Positions 13,734 to 26,170 of a stretch of 43,288 nucleotides of DNA are shown piece by piece. Below the pieces are notes generated by a model, which saw only the letters and a list, made by a program, of their open reading frames with translations, was not told the DNA's origin and made no database searches. The translations under genes and the position numbers were made by a program. This DNA comes from Pelomyxa schiedti. Its lineage: Eukaryota; Protista; Evosea. The stretch is from positions 1-43,288 of the forward strand of contig JAHLWZ010000932.1 of NCBI GenBank assembly GCA_020536535.1, given 5' to 3'. The first letter of the stretch is position 1. Each line of letters begins with the position of its first letter.

Positions 13734-14870
13734 TCAGTGAGCCTCGGTGGCAGGGTCTTTGGGTGGTTCGCCAATGACGGCGGGTTGTTTGACTGATACG
13801 AAGTTAGCAATTGGTCGAGAGAGAAACGCTGTTACATGGTTCAGACAGGGCAGGCTTGATTATTACGGTTCGGCCATCGACTTCTACCTTGGTAAGACCG
13901 CCGAGAGCATTGTGTTGGTCTTCTTCAGAGGCAAGTTCCACAAATCCGTATCCCTTGCTAGTACCGGAGGGGTGGCGGGAAACGCGGGCTTCCTAAATAC
14001 AATTAGTCTAAAATAGCACCAACAGGAGACGGGTTCACCTTGACGTTGTAGTCCTGGAATATTTCACGGAGATTGGCATCCTCAACAACGAATGGGAGAT
14101 TGCCAACAAACAAAGTGGTCTTAGAAGGAACCCTACCAGTGAATAAATAAAGGTGGTTTATGAAATGAGAAAGCACACCTAGCACCCACGGTGCGGCGGG
14201 TAGAATTCCTTTGCTGGGGTTGTCTCCACATCATTGGCATTCCGCCGTACATACCACCGAAACCGCCATACATCCCTCTCATTGGCATCATCATGGGCAT
14301 CATCATTTGTGGGTACTGTTGTTGCTGGAACTGTTGCTGTTGGAATTGTTGGAACTGTGGCTGCTGCTGTGTCTGTGGCTGTGTTTGCTGTGGTGGCATG
14401 GATTGCATCGGTTGCATTTGTTGAACTTGCTGGGGTTGCTGGTACATTTGGGGGTACATGGCATTGAAGAACCTGCGGCGGCCAGCACCCATGCGTGGTT
14501 GGCGAGGGACTCTGTGCCTAGTTAACAACTCAAAAGTAATTAAAGCCACTTACGTGGGTGCCATGGGATCGCGGAATCGGGCAAGTTCGACGTTAATTGG
14601 GCGTCCATCAATGACACGCTGGTTCATGATCGAAACTGCTTTCTTAGCGTCATCTTCGGTCTCGAATTCAACGAAACCGTACCCGAGAGACCTCGGGCCT
14701 CGGCTTATGATATTGACGGACACACTAAACGAGCGCGATTAGCGTGAGGGATCCAAACAGTGGCAAGAGTTGAAAACTCACACTCTGGCAACCACTGACT
14801 CAAATTCATGAGACAAGTCGGGCTCACGGGTACGGAACGAAAGGTTACCAACAAACACCTTGGTTGACAT
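13734..14870 (-). CDS. RNA-binding protein with two RRMs and a Q/M/G-rich linker
   Basis: RRM1: MSTKVFVGNLSF...SLGYGFVEF. RRM2: TLFVGNLPF...SKGYGFVEL...EVDGRTV. A Gln-rich linker lies in ORF 14133..14549. Confidence 0.9.
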
Positions 14871-15172
14871 TTCTGACGACGTTTAGTAAACGGCTGTGTC
14901 CAAAAAAAAAAAAAAAAGAGCAGTGGCATGTAGGTGATATATATGTCATCAACGAGGAGCAAAAGAAACCACCTGTGAGGCTACTGAGGCTAGCGCAATT
15001 ACGGACTGGTATCGCAACCAACGAGCTTTTCTGGGATTGATGAAAGAAAATGAAAAAAAGCAATTGCGATTTCCTTCGTTTTTACGGATTTGTATTAGAC
15101 GGATAGCTCCATTGAGATCTATCCGATTTGAAAAATATTTTTAAGTGATACAAACAGACAAACAGACAGTAT

Positions 15173-16900
15173 TTACACACGCCCATAGGAACAATATGGA
15201 TTATCTTCTGCAGCGTACACAAAGGTGTTGTGGGTTCTGGTAACCTCATCATCAACACCAAGTTGTATAAGGTTGTAGTTTGGGAATTGCTCCTTCAAAT
15301 ATGTGGCGATGGGAATGGAGTGACCCGCTTTGTCCACATTACGCCTAAGAGGAATTAGTTGTAATACAGGGACTCTAAATTGTACCTGTGTTCCATGGTG
15401 CGGTTTTTCTGATTCCAGGATGTGAAGGCAAGTTGTGTGGGCTTCTGCCTACTAAAGCGGACAAGAACAGTGTTAACTGTGGGGTGCTCTTTCCGCAATA
15501 TTTCTTCTGCTTTTATCATGTTTATCAGACCAAGGAAACCTTTTCCAAGCACGTACCTATGGAGAGGTAAATGAATTGGCAGAAGAAATGTATTGTACGT
15601 CTCAAAGTTCTTCGCGATGTTGTGAACAGGGCCAAATACAGAGACCAAAACATGGAAACGGTATATAGTAAGTAAGTTGTCTGTCGGGAAATTGAGGTAA
15701 TGGCACAGGTGACCCCGGAAACGCGCATTATCGGCAACCTAGTACAGCCTCAGCTAAAATATATTTACAGAGTAGTAAAGTACAGCAGGAAAAGTGGCTA
15801 AAATCAGTTTATCGTAGAATGTATCAAAGTGGCAATGGCATTCCTTTCCAATGTTCTCCTTCTATATCATAATTAGGGATGCCTAAAGGCTGTTTGTCGA
15901 TACCCAGAGAGCTCGAGAAATGGGATCGGTCAACACATCCAACCTCGGATCTTCCGCAAGTGTGGTACTATTGTTCTCAATACCATAGGTTGTGGAGACA
16001 ACTACTGATATTAAGGTTGAACACAAATAAATAGAAAAGACGTACTTCTTTCAACAGGAATAGGTACCATGACTCTAAGCTCCTCATAGTAGCGGCGAAG
16101 AGTAAGCTCAAAAATGTCGAAGTTAATAGTTATCTTAAACTTTCCACCTTCCAAAAGCTGCACCATCTTGAATACTTTGTGTTAATACTTTGAAGCGGTA
16201 TATAAGTAAGTTACTTCGTTTGTCTGATATAATTGTTTGCAGATACAGTGGAGGAGATGGCAAGAAAATTTCGTGTCGGGTTGGGTTGTCCAACTGCGCT
16301 TCCGTAGCTGCAATGCAAAGTACTTCTTCATAAGAGAAACTGTCGCGCTTAGTGAAAAGTTAGGAAATAAAAACATATCAGAGTAAGATACAGAAGGAAA
16401 TCGAGCCTCTCTGTTGTAGCAATTTGTGTATAGTGGGTCTTGAGAGGTGGAATTCGTGCCTCCAAGGATGATGCAATCTTGTAATTTTGGTTATATTGTG
16501 AAAAAGGAAACGTGGAGTATACCATATGGCAACTTGACACAACAAAATCACATTTGGGATCCCATAAAGAATCAGTTCGAGCAGCAATATCCCACCGCCG
16601 ACATACTATAGTAAAAGTTAGGGTCACAAAGCATGAAACCATGGAGGAACCTTGACTGGCCCTGCCAAGTGATACAGTGTCAAGATTTTTGAAGACTTCA
16701 ACCAACACATCAAGAGGTAGGGTTTGCACACAGTCCCGGTTTGCCCAGTACACAGTCTCCGTCGCAGTGCTCCACAACGTCATTATGGGGGAGGAACCAA
16801 ACACCTGGCCACTGGGGGCACATTCACATGAACATGCACCCCCGACGGCTCCCGCCTCCACCATGTCACGTGACGCACTTATGGGAAGAACTGAAAGCAT
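15173..16900 (-). CDS. F-box protein with unassigned C-terminal domain; start at 16900 or 16864
   Basis: F-box consensus LPLDVLVEVFKNLDTVSLGRASQ|VCRRWDIAARTDSLW. Minus-strand exons continue to ...CSYGRV* at 15173. Confidence 0.8.
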
Positions 16901-17203
16901 GTGGTTGGTTTGGTTTGGTACTGCTGTTGCCTTTGTTTCTTGTTCCCTACTCGTTACTGCACCCTCAAAGTTACTGGGCCGTTGTTTTTTTTTTGGTTTT
17001 TCGCTTTTTTTTTTTTTGGTTTTTTTTCGCCCTTAATTTCCGTCCTTCTTTCCGAAAAATGGAAAGGAAAGTTTCACCATTTCGTTTCATAGAACTGGTA
17101 ATTATACCAGTTCCGGTCTGAGTTGGAGGAAACCAACTCTCCACCAAGTCCTAAGCTACTACCAAGTTAGTATGACGCAAGTGAGCATGGTCCTCACTCG
17201 CTA

Positions 17204-18282
17204 TCAGGACTTGTGTGCTGCAGCAGTAGCTTCTTGTTGGTCCTGCTCGGAAACTCCAAAATTCATTGCTGCAATGGCTTTATAATCTCTTGGTTGCGGA
17301 ACTAGTTTCATTCCTGTGGAAGGGTTTTAGTGGCGTCGAAAAAGGGAACAATTACCAGTGACAGTCTTGAAGAAGGCCCGAATTTCCGGGATGACTTCAC
17401 AGGAGTTCATCCATTCTTCCATGGTGATGACCCCATCCCTGTTTGTGTCAGCAGCAAACATCTAACATTGTGAGCCGGCTTAACATCTAACAGATTGTCA
17501 ACCTTTTCAATCATGGTAGCTATGAGTGGGGCACTTTTTCCCACAAACTCGTTGGCGCTCTCCACTATTTAGCAATGAGGAAAAGCCGTGGGGGAAGAAA
17601 GAAATATACCAGCTTTTTGCTTCACAATGGAATAAGCATCAACACCAGGAGTACTAAAGAGGTGTCCATACTGTGCCTTAGCCAAAGCCATTGTCATGAG
17701 AATTTGACAGTGGTACATCGCCGTTCGGAGAGCGCGCTGCAATTCATCATTTGTCAACTTTCCGTCACCTGGTTAAAGTGGTGACTTCTAACAAAGGGAA
17801 AATGGCATTTACAGTTAGTATCAGCGAACTGGAAAGCAAGGCCAGCTTTTTCCCTCACATCTCCGCGGACAAGCAAAGCAAGCTATGTAAGACGGTTCGT
17901 TTTTTGGGAATAAGGGAAGAAATTTCTAACAAGGACATACCCCGCCAAACATTTCCCCATGTGTAATAAACCCGTTGTGGTCTACATCCAGAAGTTGGAA
18001 GAGCTGTTCAGCGAATTCCGGTTCTTGTAGAACTGTGAGGTTGGGGAAAACGGGTTGTGCGCTGGCAATAAAGGTAGAAAATTGAAGCAACGTAAACTGC
18101 AACAAAGTAAGTCTGTTGTTTAAGAGGGAAATAAAATAACACACGCGGGTCTCGCCAGTCGAGCGCCACATTTCCCCAAGCTGGGACAGCTGCGCCCTGT
18201 CTAACTTGTGGGATATTACCTCCATCTTGGCATCTTGTGGCGATTGGCCTGGCTTCAACCCCTTGCTACTGATGTGCCCCAT
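17204..18282 (-). CDS. N-myristoylated EF-hand calcium sensor (NCS/recoverin/calcineurin B-like)
   Basis: MGHISSK fits the MGxxxS myristoylation motif. EF loops: DVDHNGFITHGE, DTNCDGKLTNDE, DTNRDGVITMEE. Ends ...AAHKS-TGA. Confidence 0.85.
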
Positions 18283-18578
18283 CTTTTCTTATTGGAATTC
18301 TAGGAAGAGGTTGAAACATTGTCTTTAAGGGGGGGAGTTCCCACGAATCTCTGTGAGAAGCAGTGAGTTGCCAGGAGAAGTCTCGAGGGCTGAGTCTGCA
18401 GCTAGGTTGATTCTTCAGAAAGTAGCAGCACCAGTTGAACTTTCAATCGTCAACGCCGAAAACCCAAAGAAAATTAGCCCCCGCTCTTCAAAGCAGGCCA
18501 AACAAAAAGGCAGAAATATCAAATCAATTTCAAGTTCGTTTGAACAAGCACTACAGGGGCTTCGAACGATCCTCGGGA

Positions 18579-19653
18579 ATGTGTTTCGATCAGAAGACGT
18601 CGGCTTTGTTTGCTGGGATAGGTTCGTGTAGTTATCACTTTGGCGGCGCCAGTATTCGTTTTCGTTCAAGGTTAGTAAACGTCAACAGGTCTGGCGGTGA
18701 CGTATGTGGCCTATCGCAAGGAACGCAACTCGAAGAACGGATTTGGTGTCACTATTGGGTCAGCCTACTTCTTTGCGATGGAGTTCCTACAGGTCGTGGA
18801 CCCCTTTGTTCGCACACTCACTAACACGATTATGTACAGTTCATTCAATATTTCTGGATTGATGAGTGCGAGAATCATATTAACAAAGTTCTTACCGTCG
18901 TTGGATATATGCATATCTGCTTCCAGCCCTTTTTCGCTCATCTCATGACTTACTCACTTTCATACAACGAAAATACCCGAGCACAGATCAGAGCAGTCAT
19001 GGCGTAAGTACTTCATTCTTCCATAGTACATTTGAATAACCACTATTATGAAAGAATGTGTGTTGGTGGCGGGGTTATACTCTTTTCGCGGTACCTGATG
19101 TCCCCATGGGCGCATGTACTGCGTACGCATCTCCCCACCTAGGAATCCTACTTACTGATTTCTTTTTTTTTCTTACTACTTAGCAAGTGCCGACAGGCCA
19201 AGCACTGAATGGCTAGCTTCTGATGGATCTCTTTGTACCTACAGTGGAAACCGACATTTGGCTTGGGCAGTTCCACTTTACGAGGTAATGAAACACCGCA
19301 AAGTCTGGTAATTTACTTCTTTAGGCCACTTACTTCGTTCCTGGGACGGCCATCCATTCCTACATGATGTTTATGCCATACTTTGTTATCAGGCCACCCA
19401 AAATGTGGATTCTTGGCTTCTTTTTGCTAATGAGCGGCCCAGTTCTTGCCTCATGTACCGCTTGACAGAACATTTCCATCACTAATACACCCCTTTAGAT
19501 ATTACTGACAACCTTCAAGAGCAAGCCAGCATTTGGTGCTTCATGTCTGTTATACAGGTCGCGGTGATGGTTTTCCTGATCTCCAAGAACCAAATTGAAC
19601 GCAAGTCCCCCAAAGAGCAGAGCATTACTGACAAAAGCTACAAGTGCTCTTAA
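18579..19653 (+). CDS. Multi-pass membrane protein, DUF5765-like
   Basis: Starts MCFDQKTS. Motifs YFFAMEFLQFIQY, HICFQP, LCTYSGNRHLAW and EQASIWCF, with several hydrophobic segments. The family was recognised from memory of its motif pattern. Confidence 0.7.
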
Positions 19654-19964
19654 GCAGCAAGTACCCCAAGGTTCCTTTTTGAAAAAAAAAAAAAAACATC
19701 AACATAGGCAAACGAAATGAAACATCAAAACGGGAGGAACCTTCCGTGTCTCAAAAGAACATTACTTCTCGGAGAAGTCACCGGGATTTCATACCAAATT
19801 AATCGTTAAGAGACAACATCGCAAATAAGACTCGGTACCCGTCCAATTTTTAAAGGTCGTTTTTGTACAAATCAAAAAAAAAAAAAACCTCAACAACAAG
19901 GTTGTTGGTCCTTCCCCTCATCCGTTTTGAATTATAACCTAGTACACATCACCCAGATCTCCAC

Positions 19965-22570
19965 ATGGACACAGCAGCACAACGCATTTCACGCCTCTGC
20001 GGTCATTTGGGCATCTCCCCTGAACTCTGTGGTAGCAGCGTGGGTGATGACGTTGCGCTAATCCGCGGTCTGTGTGCCGATCCGTCGCACTGGGAAAAGC
20101 TGGCCGCTTTGCGCAACTCCCGCATTTTCAAGGTACTTTCAATCTCCACCTCCCTCGCTGCATTTCATGGTTTGTGATCACGCTTTGTTTTTCAGGTTGT
20201 AGCTTTATGCGTGAGGATGATGTGCCCTAAAGATATAGTTGTCGTTGATGACTCCAAGGTAATTTGTGCTTGAAATTGTTCTTACTTTTGTACTGAGTAA
20301 TTGTGTAGGCCGATGAAAGCATGGTAGCTCAGCAGTCCATACTGCGTCACGAGGAGGCAAATTTGGCTACTCCAGGGCACACTATTCATTACGATGGAAT
20401 TGAGGATCAAGGGAGGGATGTCGGAAGAACAGCTACTCTTCTTCCTTCTGGGCAAACGTTGTCCCAAGGCTTGAACGTTGCTGAGAGGGAATCGGGCCTG
20501 GCACGAGTGTGTTCATCGTTCCTCCTAACACCAACTAATCTCTGTCGTTAAAGATGTTTGAATTGATGCAAGGAGTAATGAGGGGAAAGACAATGATAGT
20601 GTGCTTCTTTGCTATGGGGCCACTCGCGTCGGAGTTCACTGTTTTCGCTCTTCAGATTACAGACTCATTCTACGTTGCACATTCAGAGCTCATTCTGGTA
20701 GAAATTAAAAAAAAAAAAGGAAACTGCCTTTCTAACTCTTAGATGTAGTACCGAAATGGATATGCCGACTTTAAGGCTCGCTGCCCAGATGACTTCATGT
20801 ACTTTGTACACTCCGCTGGTGAGCTCGACGAACGATTTACCAGTAAAAATGCGCACAAGAGACTCGTATACATTGATCCACTGGAAAACAGGTTTCCTTC
20901 TTGTAGTAACCAAGTATTAATTTGTGCAGAGTGTTCACTGTTAACAACCAATATGCTGGGAATAGCCTTGCTTGCAAGAAATTGGCCCTCCGACTTGCCA
21001 TCTACAAAGCAAATCACTCAGATTGGCTTGCTGAGGTAAATATCCCCTGTCCCAATTTTCATCACTAAGGTTCTCTAGCACATGTTCCTGAGTGGATATT
21101 CCCCTCTGAAAGGTGGAAGAATTACCTACTTCGCCGGTGCCTATCCAAGCGCTTGTGGAAAAACGGCAACAGCCATGTTACCGGGATCTTCTATTGTTGG
21201 AGATGATATCCTTTACGCACGAAAGGGACCACAGGTAAATAATCTGCAGTTACCAGTCCCTTAACAGAGGTTTCCTTTTTCAGGGTGAAATGCGAGCGGT
21301 TAACATTGAGAAGGGAATATTTGGCATTATCAGAGACGTCAACACAAACGATGACCCTCTTATTTACCAAGCACTTGTGACACCCCGGGAAGTTATTTTC
21401 AGCAATGTGTTAGTAGGGGACGATGGCAAGACTTACTGGGAAGGATGCGGGCACCCTACGCCAACTGTATGAAACAGTTTTATTGTCCTCTTTGACACTT
21501 CAAAAGGAAGGATTCAACCACGTGGGACGATGGAAGAAAGGCATGAAAGATGACAAGGGGAAGCCAATCCCCATATCACACCCCAACTCTCGTTTCACTC
21601 TTGGCCTGGACGCCCTCTCTAATGTGGATCCTCATCTTCACGACCCAAAGGTGGGTTTCGCTTTTTGGCAGAAAACTAAATAGTTTTAGGGTGTAGAGAT
21701 TCAAGCAATCCTTTATGGTGGCAGAGATAGCAATGACACAGTTCCTGTAGCTGAAGCGTTCAGCTGGAACCATGGTATGCGGCACTGTCCCTCCCTCCCA
21801 GGCTTACATTTTGTTCAGGAGTAGTGATTGGTGCTACTATAGAGTCAGAAACAACAGCAGCGACAATTGGCAAAGTAGGTGTCCGCACACCATCCCCGTT
21901 CTCTAACATGGACTTCATGATTGGTTGTTCCCCTTCTCAAAGAAAAACCGAAAGTCTGACATTTTATTCAGTTCCTCTTTCTATGTACATCAAGAACCAC
22001 TTCAAGTTTGGCAAATCTCTTGCTCGCCTACCAAGAGTATGTAATTTCCATGGTGACTACCCCTGACAGTATATAGATTTTCTCCACCAATTACTTCCTG
22101 AGATCCCCAACTACCGGTAAATTCCTCAATGGGAAACTGGATAAGAGGGTACGTTTTTCACCATTCCTTTTGAGACTAAAGTTGGGGACAGGTCTGGGTA
22201 CTGTGGGCAGAGGGCCGCGTCCACAATGAATATGGTGGCCTACGGACACCCGTTGGTGTTATACCCCTTTATGAGGACCTCGTTGCGCTCTTTGCTGGAG
22301 TTTTCCCAACACGCGCTCCATACACCCGTGCCGAGTATGACGAGCAGTTTAGTATCCGCGTGGACAATCTCCTTGCCAAGTATGACCGGATGGCTGTGAT
22401 GTATTCTAGGGTCAGTAGCCAGTACTCACAAAGTCCCAACTGACAATTCCCAGGAGAGTGACATGCCCCCAGTATTCTTTGAAATCATGGGCGCTATCGT
22501 GGCCGAGCTCAAAGCACTTCGCGTGAAGACCGGCGCCGCTGTTCTTCCTCCTTCTGCCTTCCAGTCCTAA
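19965..22570 (+). CDS. pckG: Phosphoenolpyruvate carboxykinase (GTP), archaeal/Giardia-type, with N-terminal PTS2
   Basis: Motifs [31 protein letters not shown], kinase-1a [15 protein letters not shown], kinase-2 [30 protein letters not shown] and ESETTAA. Many short introns; stop at 22568-22570. Confidence 0.95.
19983..20009 (+). other. Peroxisomal targeting signal type 2 nonapeptide RISRLCGHL in PEPCK
   Basis: Residues 7-15 match R-[LIVQ]-x5-[HQ]-[LA] with a hydrophobic position 5, within an N-terminal extension ahead of the catalytic domain. Confidence 0.75.
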
Positions 22571-22637
22571 AGGGGTTCCCTTTGTTTGTTCAAGAAAAAA
22601 GCAAGCTTTTGTTTTGAATCCACTTGTTTGTCGGGTC

Positions 22638-23952
22638 TCAGAAGAAGCAAATGACTTGCCTTGTGGCCTTTCCTTCCCTGAGCCTGTCCAGAGCCACGTT
22701 GATGTCAGACAGTTGGATTTTGTGGGACAGCAGCTTGTTTACAGGGAGTCTGCCCTGCTTGTACAATTGGACATACCTCGGGATATCGCGGGAAGGCACG
22801 CAGGACCCGATGTAGCTCCCTTTGAGGGTCCTTTCCTCCCCGACCAGTTGTGCAATTGGTATGGCAAGAGTGGAGGACGGTGGGGGAAGGCCTCCTGTGA
22901 TTGTGGTGCCACCACGGCGTGTGACCTTATAGGCTATTTCCAAGGCGGCAGGAGAACCAGCCATTTCTAGGGCAAAGTCCACACCTCCGGAGGTGGCTGC
23001 GCGGACATCGGCTACGCACGTTGGAGACGTGGCATTAAATGTGTCTGTAGCGCCTAATTCACGTGCTCTTTGGAGCTTTGATAAAGTAAGACAGAGGAAA
23101 AAGTAGGGTGAAATTAACCTTCTCTTCAGAAATATCTATTGCAACGACTCTAGAGGCTCCGGCGGAAACGGCAGCAATCAGCGAAGCCTGGCCGACGCCT
23201 CCAATCCCTACAATCGCCACAGTTTGTCCCAAGCGAACTGCCGCTGTATTTACGACAGCTCCAACTCCAGTCAAGACAGCACATCCAAATAACGCAGCAT
23301 CCACAAGTGGAACAGCGGGATCAATTTTAACGACGGACTTCCGGGACATAACGGCATACCTTGGAGAAGTAGAGAAGTCAGTGACATATTTTCCAGGAAC
23401 AGTATAACTTACTGTGCAAAAGCAGACACCCCAATATGGTGGTTAATATCGGATCCATCTGCCGCATGGAGCCTTTTTTCGCCACAGAGCAGCGTGCCAG
23501 AAACGTTAGCGGAAGCGCCAGGTTCACACAAAGCCGGTCTTCCCTCGGAGCAAGGCCCGCAGCACCCACAGCTAGGAACAAAGACAGTGACAACGTGGTC
23601 GCCAGGAACCAAGTCGGTGACACCCTCGCCCACCTGTTCCACGATTCCAGCTGATTCATGCCCCAACAACATTGGCGGTGGTCTGGGCCTGTCTCCCTAA
23701 AAAAAAAAAATTGTCGGCCACGGTTTAAAAAAAGTTTACCAAAACCGTGAAGGAAAACAGGCGTACGTTAACGACGGATAAGTCGGAGTGGCAGAGGCCG
23801 GCGGCAGCCACTTTGACCAGGACCTCGCCCCTCTTTGGGGGATCGATGGTAACGGTTTCAATTGTCAGGGGTAGTGACTCGGCGTAGGGCGTGGTGCATC
23901 CCTGCCTTCGGTACACCGCACCAAGGCACTTGATTGCGGAAGACGCCATCAT
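22638..23952 (-). CDS. adh: Zinc-dependent alcohol dehydrogenase (MDR family), probably NAD-dependent, bacterial-like; 4 exons
   Basis: GLCHSD, GHE, structural Zn motif [22 protein letters not shown], Rossmann GIGGVG with acidic AID, and GSYIGS. Confidence 0.95.
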
Positions 23953-24718
23953 TCAATGAACGTTCAATGTTATTTCCGGAAAGGGTTTTTATTATTATCG
24001 TGCTGCAGGCAACAACTGGGACAGGCCTTTAGGGTGACACTGCTTGTTATTTGGGGGCAGCCGCTGGGAATGAAGTTGCAAGAGAATGGTTGTCTGACCA
24101 TCCAGGTTGACAAGTTGATCGAGAACTCGATAGAAGTTGGAATTCCAGGGTGGTCTTTTCAAGGCCTTGAAAACAAAATGTCAGCAGGGCGGTGAACTGA
24201 ATTTTCCATCTTTGGTTTTTTTTCCATTAGGCGCCGAACATTGTCACCAGTGATGAAAGTGACTGCCAGATCGAAAACTGCAGTTCTGTTCTTCGCTGTG
24301 AACATGGTCCAGTTGGTCCTTATCCCGAATCAGGAAGTCCCCACATCTAAATTAATCCTAGTCCAACGATCAAGAATGTCTCCAGCACCGAAACTTCCCT
24401 GTAGATCGGCGCTCCTTCCCTCAAAAGAAACGAGCCACCGCATGATATCAGTTCGAAAAGCCTTTCGCGGCAGCCGATAGATTTTGTCCTAACCGATTTC
24501 CCAAAAGTGATCTTTATCCCAGCGATACGTTAGCGGTTATTCAACCATATTCCATAATCTCCACATTAAAGTGGATAAAACGCGGAAACGCGAACTTTTT
24601 TCCTAATGTATTTGGTAACTTTTCCAGCGAAAAAAGAACAAACTTATAAAAAAAAAACAACAATTAAAAGATAAAAGTACAACCAGTCAACACGGACAAA
24701 ACGACAACACCAAACCAC

Positions 24719-26170
24719 ATGGAGCCACAACAACCCACAGCTACCCCGAAGTCCTCAAGGGAGCTAACAACATTTACGCACCACTTGTTCCTCAATTTGA
24801 AGTACGCACTTTTATTATTTTTTTTTTCCCCCCCTTCTCGACCCTTACGTTTATCGAAGGTCATTCCCACGAGACCAACGTGGGGACTATATATGCGTTT
24901 TCCGCGGGTGCATGACGCCGATACTAAGAACACAAGACGACTCTGTGTTGGTCAAACACACAATCGCCCACGCCAAGGCGCACGACACCATCTTGCCCTC
25001 TATGCTGGACAGTCCTGACCCTCGCTTGTTTCACTCTCTAACCGCCTTGATCGAAAGCGAATCAAACGCAACAGCCTCTGAAGTGAAAAGCGATCTCAAG
25101 GCTATTGCAGAAAAGGACTCATTCAAGTCCAACGAAGACAGTGCGATAATGTACCTCGCAAACGCTAACTCCACTCTGGCAACTTTTGCTGCAATTGCCG
25201 CTAGTGCAAACATGCTTCCAGCACCAAGCTCCAACCATTGCCAGCACTATTCCGGCGATTCTAGTCAGGTAAATTTACTCGCTTAACACTTGTTTTTTAC
25301 ACTGTGGCAGATGCCATCTAGTGGGATTGGAAGTTCTTTTGGTTCTAATAGTAGCTTCAGCGTGCCTTCCCCAACAGCTATGTGCAATGCTGCCAATTCC
25401 CTGTCCGAATTGGCATCTGACGGCTCGTGGTTTACAAAGCCGTCGCCACGTGCTCATCAACTGAACGAACAAATGGCCAAGTACGGCACCCATCTCTTCC
25501 ACAAGGATAGAACCGGGAAGTTTGTCTGCTTTTTCCAGGATTGTAAGAGAAGAATGTCCAACAACTTCAGCCGGCACATTCGAAAGGTAGTGCTCGACTT
25601 CCTTTCTTACATTCCACTAATAAACAACAGCATGAAAAGATGGGAGATTTGGTAGACAGCAAGTACCGGGGCACAATGAACTCCATCTCTCCAGTGACGC
25701 ATTACCTTGCGCAACCCGGTTCCCAGCCGATGCACCCAACCTCCCCAACAAAAACTGCATTAACCCAAGTGGGAACTCCATCACCTCCGGCACCTCCATC
25801 ACCTTCGCCTCCCCTTTCCTATGTTACATCTCCTCTTGCCCTCCTTGCTCTCTCATCCACACTTGTCCAACAACAACAGCAACAATCCAAACAGCTCCAA
25901 TCACACAGCCCATTCCTTCACCAAGTTCCCGGACCCTCACCCCCACATTCCCCCCAAGTGCTGCTATCCCCGCAGCAAGAAACCACACCACCCACCACAT
26001 CACCCTCCCTCTGTCACAGACCTCCACCACCTCTGCTTCCAGCAACCCCACCACAACGGTTCCCGTCACCCTCTCCCTCGGAACTTGTTCCGGTTGCCTC
26101 ACTTCTTGAAGCAGCAGCCTCGGCCACAAAATCACTCCGCTACTCACCCTATGAATCTGCCATGTGGTGA
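24719..26170 (+). CDS. Putative transcription factor with a single C2H2-like zinc finger and a P/S/Q-rich tail
   Basis: The spliced sequence reads FVCFFQDCKRRMSNNFSRHIRK|HEK, and the C-terminal exon (25640..26170) is low-complexity. Confidence 0.65.

Noticed and set aside
22638-22660. Possible peroxisomal co-targeting of ADH with PEPCK
   Set aside because: The C-terminus is ICFF, which is not a PTS1, and there is no PTS2 at the N-terminus.
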